From positions 11,532,001-11,596,000 of the forward strand of contig OZ059894.1 of NCBI GenBank assembly GCA_964057225.1: 64,000 bases of DNA, given 5' to 3'. Shown here piece by piece: positions 25,301 to 33,135 of the stretch. Source of the DNA: Auanema rhodensis (lineage: Eukaryota; Animalia; Nematoda). Each line of letters starts with the position of its first letter. Position 1 is the stretch's first letter. The translations under genes were made by a program, and so were the position numbers. The notes beneath the pieces were generated by a model that was not told the DNA's origin, did no database searches, and was given only the letters and a program-made list of their open reading frames with translations.

Positions 25301-28300
25301 CTTTTTCATATTTGATCCATTTCTTCATTTCTGCTTCGTATTCTTCTTTTGAATGTAGCTTTTTCGGATTATTTATTGCGTTCAGGATAATTTTTGCTTG
25401 TGCTAGTTGTTCGTACAGTTCTAAATCGTTTCGTGTCTTGGTGAGTCTTGGTTTTCTTGGTGGCATGAGTTGATATAAGTATTCTTCTAAAGATGGTGTT
25501 GTTTCTCCTGTAGCTAACGTAGTTGGTATTTCCGCAAGTGAGTAAGCAATTTCTTTCGCGATTTCATAGTAGTCTCCTGTTTTGGTTGGTAGTATCTTCT
25601 TAAAATCCTTAATTGTGATCCGTTTGCTAAGTTTATGCGTAAGTTCCTTATACGATAGATTATCGATCGCGATTTTTGTTGCTTCTCTTATTTCTGCTTC
25701 TCCTAGGGCGTGTAGAATGGCTATGTTGACGTCTTCATATTTGTGCCATATAAGACGATTTTTGATAACATCAAAATTTATACCTAGGTATTTGAAGATT
25801 GCGATATACTTAGGTAACATATTTGTTATGTTATTGAGATTGTAATGGATGTCAAGTCTTTTCCGTTGAATATAGGTTGTATATAGTAGAATAGTTCCGG
25901 TTTTGCTGGCTGAATATCTTAGCGAGGGGTATTGATGAACTGTCAAGAATCCTTTAGGGTATTCCGTGATTGCGTGTCTTCTTGATCGTCCTAAGCTTGA
26001 GGTTGAGTTGAAGGAGATTAGAGTTCCGCTATTTGTAGTAAATATCTCTTTTTGTAAGCATGAGGAGGCTTCTTTTTCCGGTGTTTTATTGTTTAGAATA
26101 AAAGCACTTTGAATTCCGGGAATCAATATGGTGTCTTCTGATATAAAAACTTCGTGAGAGCCTAATGAAGTGTACGAGCAACTATGTTTTTCTGATGGTG
26201 GGGTCCATATGATGAGAGCGTTGTTGGTTAGGCATTGTCCTTTGTCACTGGTGCATCCGTTGTCGTTTATGAATATATCTGAGAGTACTGTATTGTCTTG
26301 TAGGCTGGTCATGTGTCCTCGTTCAGCTATGAATCTGGTACGTTGTTCGCATTCCTGTTTCCATATACCATTAGTAATAGTTGTATGTGGGAATGGAGTT
26401 CCATAGAGTCCTGGTGCTTCTCTTTGAAGGTTGGTACCGTTGAATATTCTTTCTTTAATAGCTGACGAACATTCTTGCAGTGTTGTTGGTGAAACTTTTG
26501 CTAGTGAGACATTAGTTTCTCTGATGAAGAAAACGTCGTGAATGCAGAGTTGGTAAGTTTCAATTGCACATTTCCATGCTTCCCATTCTTTTGGTTGTAG
26601 GTTTTGGATGAACAATTCTGCTGTAGTCTTCTGGATATGGTTATTAGTTGGTGCGATGGATCGGCAAGCTGTTGGCGATGGCGGCTCAACATATATTCCT
26701 CCTCTGTTTCCTGTGCATAACTGGTACGTTGTTTCTGCACTGCATGTATTTATAATGAGTGCGATAATTGTGATAAAGAGGGGTAGGAATGGTGTTGATT
26801 TTCTTTTGTTGTTCGGTACTTCGTTTTCCGTGACGTTGTTGACTTGAAAACGAACTCCTGGGCTCTGTGTGCGTTCTCTATACCGTTCCGGTCCATTGGA
26901 GGTGCTGCGCGGGCGACTTCTATAATTGTTGTATTGGCTTCGATTGTATTGAGAGGGGTATTGTTCGTGATTATTTGATTGTCGCCGGTTGTTGTGTCCG
27001 CTATAGTTTTGGTCGCGGTTTCGATAGTATGGTCTTTCTTGGCTTCTGTTCCGTGATCTGTCGAAGTAGTTTTGTCTTGATCCCTTATTTTGAGAGAATC
27101 GTGAGTTATGGTTCCTGTATTGGTGTTGATGAGGCCGATATTGGTTGTTGTATCTGTCCGGATATCGGTTGTGTGGTTTGCCATTGCCATTATACATCGG
27201 TTTGGTTCCTTTGAAATCCTTAGATTCGTTTCTCTGGTATTGATTGTTGTCCTTCGAGTCTCGAATGTTGAGGTTGTTGAACGACTTCTCTATATTGTTG
27301 ACAAACGATGTTGGTCTATTTTGTATAAAGAGTTCTTCTCGTAAGGCCATTTCGTAAGCTTCCTCAAAGTTTGGTGGGTCTAGACGGCTAACATGTTCGC
27401 TTATTTCGGGTCTTAGTCCCCAAGTGAAGGTGGATCGGAGCATGTTAAGCTCACTTTCGTTGTTCATGTCCATAGCCGAGTAGGCTTCGTTAGAACATCT
27501 TGTTGCAAAGCTTTGTACCGATTCCGTTGGTAACTGTTTCAAGCCATGTAGGCGGTGCATTGCTCGTTCTCTCTGTTTTTTCGGTGTGATCATTTCTGAG
27601 AGTCGCTTCTTGACATGGTCCCATCCGAGTCGCTTATCTTTGGTTGTGAGTTTTCTGTACGCTTCTCTTGCTCGATCATCTTCTAGCAATAATTGTATGC
27701 TTTGAAGACGTTCGGGCATAGTTGTTCTTGTAGCGTTGAAGTGTTCATCTAGGTATAGTAGATAGCGGTTGAATGGTGTTTTTCCATCGTAGCGTGGAGC
27801 TTTTATATCGCGTATGGCGGACGGAATCGCTGCTGGTTGAGGGATGATTGTAGGTGTTGGAACAGGTGCCCTTCCCGAGGTTTGCGTAAGTGGTGCGCCT
27901 TCGTCCATTGGGTCCATTCTTGGGTTAATTCTCTTGTTTTCTGCAACAAAAGTATTTGCTTGATTAGTTTGCGATGGAAGAGACGGAGATAGAGAATGCC
28001 CAGATGTAGAATGATCAATGGATGAAGGTGAGTTTCGTAGAGGTGGGGATGAGCTTACTGCTGGTGTGGTTGAAGAAAGTGCGGGCGTAGGTGATTTTTG
28101 TGTGGTTGGTGTATTGCTTCTTCTAGGGGTGGCTATTAAGGGATTGATTGGGTTGATTGTATTTGGTATGGTGTTGGTTGGGGGGTTTTGAGGGTTCCCT
28201 TTGCTTGCTATGTTTTTAGGAATAGGTTTAATGTTTGGGATAATTTTCTTTTCTAAGGTGTTTCTTTCGACTATGTCTGTTTTTTGTTTCTTCGTTTTTT

Positions 28301-28502
28301 CATGTGATTTGGGATTGGTGAATTGTTTTTGAATGCCGCGATGTCTTGGGGTATGTATTACCATTGACTTTGTTTTAATGCTTAACTTCGCTTGTTTTGC
28401 AGAGGGGGGAGAATATGTTGCGGGCGGTTGTCTTTTTCTTCTTATAATATTTGAAGTGGCAGCAGGGTCCAGCGGAGGTTTTGGACCAGTATTGGGCAGC
28501 AT
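19302..28502 (-). CDS. Gag-Env-Pol polyprotein (3,066 aa from first ATG; frame open from TTG at 28547)
   Basis: Capsid-like PRYDG..LKQLPTESVQSF..FTWGLRPEI; hydrophobic signal ~26736-26792; Cys-rich ectodomain; TM ~23735-23805; protease LWDTGA (DTG 23421-23429); RT YLDD (22107-22118); RNase H ESDGS..EVE..TDH..DALSR; integrase HH-CC, D..D..E, GPY. Confidence 0.96.
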   Translation of the reverse strand: MLPNTGPKPPLDPAATSNIIRRKRQPPATYSPPSAKQAKLSIKTKSMVIHTPRHRGIQKQFTNPKSHEKTKKQKTDIVERNTLEKKIIPNIKPIPKNIASKGNPQNPPTNTIPNTINPINPLIATPRRSNTPTTQKSPTPALSSTTPAVSSSPPLRNSPSSIDHSTSGHSLSPSLPSQTNQANTFVAENKRINPRMDPMDEGAPLTQTSGRAPVPTPTIIPQPAAIPSAIRDIKAPRYDGKTPFNRYLLYLDEHFNATRTTMPERLQSIQLLLEDDRAREAYRKLTTKDKRLGWDHVKKRLSEMITPKKQRERAMHRLHGLKQLPTESVQSFATRCSNEAYSAMDMNNESELNMLRSTFTWGLRPEISEHVSRLDPPNFEEAYEMALREELFIQNRPTSFVNNIEKSFNNLNIRDSKDNNQYQRNESKDFKGTKPMYNGNGKPHNRYPDRYNNQYRPHQHQYRNHNSRFSQNKGSRQNYFDRSRNRSQERPYYRNRDQNYSGHNNRRQSNNHEQYPSQYNRSQYNNYRSRPRSTSNGPERYRERTQSPGVRFQVNNVTENEVPNNKRKSTPFLPLFITIIALIINTCSAETTYQLCTGNRGGIYVEPPSPTACRSIAPTNNHIQKTTAELFIQNLQPKEWEAWKCAIETYQLCIHDVFFIRETNVSLAKVSPTTLQECSSAIKERIFNGTNLQREAPGLYGTPFPHTTITNGIWKQECEQRTRFIAERGHMTSLQDNTVLSDIFINDNGCTSDKGQCLTNNALIIWTPPSEKHSCSYTSLGSHEVFISEDTILIPGIQSAFILNNKTPEKEASSCLQKEIFTTNSGTLISFNSTSSLGRSRRHAITEYPKGFLTVHQYPSLRYSASKTGTILLYTTYIQRKRLDIHYNLNNITNMLPKYIAIFKYLGINFDVIKNRLIWHKYEDVNIAILHALGEAEIREATKIAIDNLSYKELTHKLSKRITIKDFKKILPTKTGDYYEIAKEIAYSLAEIPTTLATGETTPSLEEYLYQLMPPRKPRLTKTRNDLELYEQLAQAKIILNAINNPKKLHSKEEYEAEMKKWIKYEKELNLPPLQLPNYTVIFDGDDIFYGSRKRNPTNYSITQEDSEKFYNHYLPLISTPGTRPFATTIRSTSTPLQTTTTTTTTTPKPTTIRNVITSTITPKTHISTTTRPKPTIPTSSSTTTTTTTTTTTTSTTARPRSTTTTTPTTTTTIFTTHRPTQSFSTPQSTFNITTNPITITSSQEYNRKESLTKSPPPRTTKRSITTTRSTPEEISSHIGKKAHVDYLKAKNDIVQKWNEHLHQQETQSHLQYATTNLEDDIIRTFTTNRNNICHVQNKQLLTWWAILQINPTIGMRTMLRRQDISARFINDKLIYVMPCTPIQITKTYRDHKVNSTCFLETPVETEHHGQLFILPGTRDLTPMAHAIPCGFTIKDPWKENDQWTNNNQSINVTSPAYIDELGSINLEHIKFNGSNIFNNLTESTFPMALAISYGSSLATLQATLPGRIKPVIKQRLIPNMNPVTLTAGAASSLLLSYEHTKEAITWKMFDFLSPIWEKIQTWTLRVLAIIGSIIITIGIITLATWIIKIYACSSRIPINNVKWEAEYLQPLSTENTRTETSHPSPSAPYVDNHHNSCQLTLYDPSAPIPEHIYEAYFPTSMKKENINYIGGSQLPFVPISIHNHIFKALWDTGASASYMRESTFKQLPAATMVLKQTTAIVANKSKFSFMGYTRILITIGTTETEHKFYVAEDNYCPAPVLLGIDFMEALHQQGIYTSLRPLDKTIVIGTTHVPLARETSPWEHQTTKAYVVSLENKTLRPGETRTLTLEVHDPESYEQAFLDCKKPGNKLSFTPTIFTPTGYGVQIYATNICKQPLEIQMNQEIGIAEAIPKDNQEKYEGQYIPPEARWEEQLPYFPDNFINELDLSEACFSQIEQQQLKEIILLHKQAFLNEDRNIGLFLGPIEHSIPIMPGKTPSFKITYRIPLSQQEEVEKQIEEMLQQRIIEPSNSMTTSPVILVKKKDKTYRFVTDFRALNAITQKQVYVISNIQDILDLAAGARIFSNFDLVSGFFQIPLKKEDRHLTAFTTTSGTYQYCRMPMGLCGSPHTFQNAVRYLQSMVKCKLFVYLDDLLLISESTTAHLKDIEEVLEAVTQIGFKIKLKKCAFARKEVKFLGYIVGQEGIKPDPHKIKAIQDYPQPKSTTGVRAFMGVVNYFRRFIKNAAGIATPLYNLTRKDTPFKWTEEEEIAFNTLKKTLTQAPVLQAPIPKRPYVIESDGSMIAVGAVLLQAKDDQEPLHPIAFASRKLNKAERNYPPIEVEALALTFAVKQFRTYILGTATKIITDHRPLTSLMTRKDLIGRLAKFQIVLQEYDIEIIYRPGKLNSVCDALSRYFEDEINEAKPPAKKKNERKTTEDTIHQINTFTIADIRSVQNQSNWIKETMDKIKNNTAGRQLTDRYIVYNDVLYSKPKRSLQVPRTILPREEHIINPIMKKFHEDPTLGAHLGINKTMDSISRRFTWTGMQEDITNYINRCLACAKRKNNPHEATVEPMKNFPTSTKPWQRVHMDILGPLPRTEQENRYVLSIQDSFSKWIIAIPLIRQTSGEIISAIEKYLFYVFGPPVTIITDNGSNFISNDFTTMCSNFGTTHHTTMPYYKNANGQVERLHRTIEEALTAYVNDEQNDWDKILPKIIFTLNRLPNATTKTSPYECLFGQVARLPIDKNLETPEEQNTTDQLKNLRDIQEKVKEKIATNEERMKQKYDQAHRTKERILDIGDRVFVQRANPSNKLQIRRDGPYRIVTIEGNNISITDQDGNIIKAHKNNIRYFPPDDNLISTRNNEEEEEEDQDIANEEEEEEEASWNNLDEWEQTNNTENNNNCYPTGSPDTLAQLLPITGNNRGINEEEIEHNSETPDDLATARRITNSNIQLENESTTIDKIQEDLRQLTPFSQEEGPNQNDIEDNNAKTYEKLRDQFKNENRKELFEDRNKNSPAIKNWNTTLAAALGIGNENSRPYHVKLQPKRKTQDEEIRSNGELELHGKADQSKKQQNKSPTQNKGEQVRNF
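23724..26795 (-). other. Envelope glycoprotein domain within the polyprotein, class III (herpesvirus gB / chuvirus G)-like
   Basis: Signal-like FLPLFITIIALIINTCSA, many Cys, several N-x-S/T sequons, RSRR furin site, NIC..INPTIGMRTML..ISARF..VMPC..CF..PV..FILPGTR..PC pattern, C-terminal TM helix. Confidence 0.75.
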
Positions 28503-29740
28503 CGTTGGTATCCTGTAAGGAAATTTGTTATATCCAACGTGTGCCAAAATAATTTTATATATAGAAAAACGTAAAGAATAATGTTGGGTTTGTGTGCGCG
28601 ATTCTTATGAAGGTAGCTAGTCTTGCAAGTAATCTCTTTACCAATATAGCTCGTCCGGGTCTAACACAGGTTTGAAACTAGTGTGCCTTTTCGAAGGGAC
28701 AAGTTCTATATTGTGAAAAAGGCATGAAATGAAAGTTAATAGTTCGCCAGTCTTTTGGGACAAGGATACAAAATAGAATTTTCGCAATCATTTCATTTTC
28801 CCAGACCTCATTAACCTATCTGAGTCACAGGTATGTCAGCTGCCTTCTGCATCCTGCTCCCTGACTCTATGATGGCGAGACCACTCTTATTATTTATATC
28901 AATGTGGGGCAGATTTCAATTCAAAAATTCTCTAATTATTTCATGGGGCGTACGTCTTATCCTGAGTGTCGGCCTCCGCTCGAGTCTCTTGAGTGTCTGG
29001 CATTATTCTTGACGAGGGGGGATGGTTTTTGCGTATGAGTTAAAACTTATTGATTAATTTAATTATTTTTCGTATTTTCAGGTGCTAAGGTAATCGGAAT
29101 TTGGATACGCTGCGCCTAATAAATATTTTTACTGTCGTGTTTAACACGGGATTTCTTGTTTATGAAATTACGGGGGGGGGGAAGGGGTGGGTTTATGAGA
29201 ATACAGTGTAGTAGCATAAGAATAATAGTTTTATAAACGAACATAAAGAAAATAATGAAAATATGGTATGATAGGATGATTAAGATAGTATGATAAGATG
29301 AAGATTCAGATAATATGATAAGATGATTAAGATTGAGAGGTATAGAAGCAATATTCTTTTTTTTTTATTTCTTAATTCTAAATTAATTTTATAAAGAACT
29401 TAACTATTTTTGTTCAAAAAATGTGAAAATAAACTTATAATTCTTAGAAAAGTTAATTATTGAATTTGAATAATTTTCGTATATAGGATTTTGGATAGAG
29501 AGAATGATAAATGATATAAGTACTCTTATGAATAATTGAAAATGATTTATGAGAATATAATGAATGGAAAACTGAGTTTTTGTAAAGAGTTTTTGGATAT
29601 AATTTTTTAATAGAAAAGTTTTAGAGTTTTTAAGAAAATATTATAAGCTAACTTTAAGAGAGAGATAAGATTTTTAATTGAATGAGAGATGTAGACGGTA
29701 GCGCTTGAGTTCCTTTACGAGATCCTGTCCAAAAGGAAGG

Positions 29741-29758
29741 ATCTCGGCGGAACCTCCA
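29741..29758 (-). promoter_or_regulatory. Primer-binding site, probably tRNA-Gln
   Basis: TGGAGGTTCCGCCGAGAT directly after the 5' LTR. Its complement ATCTCGGCGGAACCT-CCA resembles the eukaryotic tRNA-Gln 3' end. Confidence 0.82.
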
Positions 29759-30175
29759 CGTTCCATTTAGATTCCCAATGGTTCCAAGTTGAGATATCCA
29801 AACAGACTATGAGACGATGAGTATGATTTTAAATATAAGTGTGTAATGTAAGGTGAAATAAGAAACAAGAGATGAAATATATAAAGGTTTATTGTTCGCA
29901 TTATAATATAATTATACAAAGATTAAAGCTAGAGTTAAGAAAGAGAATATAAAGAAGATAAAGAGAAAGTAAGATAATGAGATAATGAGATGCCTGAGTC
30001 TTGAGGACTCAGGTTTATATATCCATACAACTCCTACTCAGTTTACACAAATTGTTACAAAGCTTATAAAAAGTGCATCTAGAATATTCTCAGAATTGCT
30101 TAAAAACTATCTGCATTAGTTTAATAATAGCAGCTGCCATGGTCAGCTGCTTTCCTTTGAGATATGTATGTAACA
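29759..30175 (-). repeat. 5' LTR (417 bp)
   Basis: TGTTACAT...ATGGAACG on the minus strand; abuts the primer-binding site. Confidence 0.97.
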
Positions 30176-30361
30176 AGGACCACAAAGAAAACAACAGGAA
30201 CAGTAACAAATGAAATGCCCAAACTTTACAGTGTTCGAGTTATTTACAGTATCTAAGACTACCTCTGTCGTGTTATTAGAGCAAACATTCGATTAACAAC
30301 AACTTTTTTTTAGTTATCAAAGCTTTTTTATTTCTTCAAAAAATTTCAAATAAAATATAAA

Positions 30362-30480
30362 AGCTTACGACACCCGGGATTCCCAAGCCGTCTCCGATCC
30401 AAGTACTAACCGGGCCCAACGTTGCTTGACTTGCCAGATCGGACGGGATGGCGTACTTTCAACGTGGTATGGTCGTAAGC
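30362..30480 (-). rRNA. 5S: 5S rRNA (partner of 17655-17773, displaced by the LTR element)
   Basis: Array copy. Confidence 0.97.
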
Positions 30481-31835
30481 AATGTCATATTCTTCATTAT
30501 CAGTTATATCACTCTAAATCTTGTTGTTAATAGATACGACCACAAAGAAAACAACAGGAACAGTAACAATAACAAAAAAAATTTTTTTTTCACCTATGTG
30601 TCTAAAGGTTAGCCATGTATCCGTTTATATATATATATATATATATATATATCAACAGTAAAAAGTCCAATCAAGAGAGAAATTTTTTCAACACATAGTT
30701 GTTTTTTTTTTAAATATCATTGTTTTTCCTCATAACTCGGTTTAAACTCGTTCTAACCCGTTGAAATACGTCTAGAAAGTCTTTATAACATGCATATGTA
30801 TGATAGAACTTCATATTTATTGTAATAGAAAATTTTATTTTCAGACGTCTTGGTTAACAATGATATGTTTTACCCCCTTATAATTTTTATCATAATGTTC
30901 CTTATACGGAACGCTCAATGAAACTTGCTTCCAGAAAAATTTCTTTCTATTTTTTCTTCATATGTACGTAGATACTATAGAGAACTATGATAGAAAACTT
31001 TAACATTCACGAAATCATCATTTCTCATTACGCTACGGAGGTTTAAAAAGCTGTGTTTTACCTTATAATAGACCGGAAAACCCTTGTGTTAAAACTGGAC
31101 CGTTTTTACACATATAAAAATGTCCCGTATTCGGGACCCTAATGTAACTTTTGATTCCCTATATTTTTTTTCATGAAATTTACAATCTACTGTAGAAAGA
31201 AGAATTATTTTTATAAAAACTGTAAATTTTTGAAAAATGAAAACAAAACGAAAACAAAAACAACTTTTTTTTGAACATTTTCTCACACAAGGGTCCCCCC
31301 TTACCTACTTTTTTTCTCATTACTCGTTTCAACCTCATCCGATCACTCTGCAAACATGTTTAATCGTTCTAACTTGTTGAAATACGTCTTAAAAGTCTAA
31401 ACAACATGCATATGCATAATAGAAACCACCCGAATAGGCCCCCACGCACTAAACGAGATATATACATTACCAGTATAGTAATAGAACACATATTGAAGAT
31501 TAATTCGATAAGAACAATTTATTGACGTAGAGAATGTTTGTTCCGAAAAACTACAATATTAAACTATAAAAGTAACAAAAGCGTAGAGGCAGCAAAGACA
31601 TGAATAAACATAAATGTAAATACAGAATTACCAGGTAGTACATAAGTATGACAAAAAATTATAAGAAAGCCATGAAAATAGAAGGTTTGTGAACAAATGA
31701 GAGGTACATCTTTGATCGTATAGTCATTTCTAAACCGTTCGTATGCTGCAGCATCGTCATAAGCTTCACTCAAGTTGAATTTCCATGTGTACTACACGAT
31801 TTTCATTCTTATTGTTACATTCTTTCCCTGAGGGA

Positions 31836-32020
31836 ATGGGCCGTTCCCGCCAGCAGTGCAAGAGCGGGTCGACCCGTGAGGTGGAGCTAGCAAGCCAGCA
31901 TCTACCTCAAGTCTCAAAAATCGGTTAACCTTATTGTGAACCAATGGAACACATATCGAAGGTTAATTCGATAAGAACGATTACTACACTTTGATCTTAG
32001 CCAAAAGGCCGAGAAGCGAT
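31836..32020 (-). ncRNA. U2: U2 snRNA
   Basis: Copy of 521-705. Confidence 0.96.
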
Positions 32021-32462
32021 ACAGCATAGCCATGAGTATCAAAGACATCAAGCAAATGTATCGTACTTGTTACGAGTGCACTCTCTCATTTGAATATAAA
32101 AGTGTGGTTTGACAATCTTGACTGTACAGGTCATAAATGGCTCATATAAACTGTGGATTTACTCAACTTTTGGACTTATTTTTTTCTTATTCGAAGCGCT
32201 GCACTTTTTTCTATTCTTTTTATTCAAATACTTGTATATAGTTTTATATGTACGGTTGCAAAGTTTCCGAATATTTTATATATTTTTATACAATAATTAG
32301 GAGAAGGTTAATACAATGAAATCTCCCAACTTTACAGTGTTTGTATTGCTTACAGTATCTAGAACAACCACTCTTGTAATATTAGAGCACATATCAATCA
32401 ACAACTTTTTCTAGTTATCAAAGCTTTTTTATTTCTTCAAGATATTTCAAATAAAATATAAA

Positions 32463-32581
32463 AGCTTACGACACCCGGGATTCCCAAGCCGTCTCCGATC
32501 CAAGTACTAACCGGGCCCAACGTTGCTTGACTTGCCAGATCGGACGGGATGGCGTACTTTCAACGTGGTATGGTCGTAAGC
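32463..32581 (-). rRNA. 5S: 5S rRNA
   Basis: Array copy. Confidence 0.97.
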
Positions 32582-32822
32582 AATGTTATATTCTTCATTA
32601 TCAGTTATATCACTCTAAATCTTGTTGTTAATAGTTAGGACCACAAAGAAAACAACAGGAACAGTAACAAATGAAATGCCCAAACTTTACAGTGTTCGAG
32701 TTATTTACAGTATCTAAGACTACCTCTGTCGTGTTATTAGAGCAAACATTCGATTAACAACAACTTTTTTTTAGTTATCAAAGCTTTTTTATTTCTTCAA
32801 AAAATTTCAAATAAAATATAAA

Positions 32823-32941
32823 AGCTTACGACACCCGGGATTCCCAAGCCGTCTCCGATCCAAGTACTAACCGGGCCCAACGTTGCTTGACTTGCCAGAT
32901 CGGACGGGATGGCGTACTTTCAACGTGGTATGGTCGTAAGC
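32823..32941 (-). rRNA. 5S: 5S rRNA
   Basis: Array copy. Confidence 0.97.
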
Positions 32942-33083
32942 AATGTCATATTCTTCATTATCAGTTATATCACTCTAAATCTTGTTGTTAATAGATACGA
33001 CCACAAAGAAAACAACAGGAACAGTAACAATAACAAAAAAAAATTTTTTTTCACCTATGTGTCTAAAGGTTAGCCATGTATCC

Positions 33084-33135
<52 letters not shown>

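Larger units (their letters stand above)
17833..30175 (-). mobile_element. Ty3/Gypsy-type LTR retrotransposon / endogenous retrovirus-like element with envelope gene (12,343 bp)
   Basis: Two 417-bp LTRs; AGGA target duplication (17829-17832, 30176-30179); primer-binding site; PR-RT-RH-IN order; GPY motif. Confidence 0.97.

Noticed and set aside
29030-29056. Plus-strand TTTTCAG-GTGCTAAG-GTAAT micro-exon-like signal
   Set aside because: Antisense to the element with no supporting ORF; plausible by chance.
17833-30175. BEL/Pao classification of the LTR element
   Set aside because: No triple CCHC Gag; RT (FVTDFRALN, MPMGL, YLDD), RNase H and GPY integrase motifs are Ty3/Gypsy-like.
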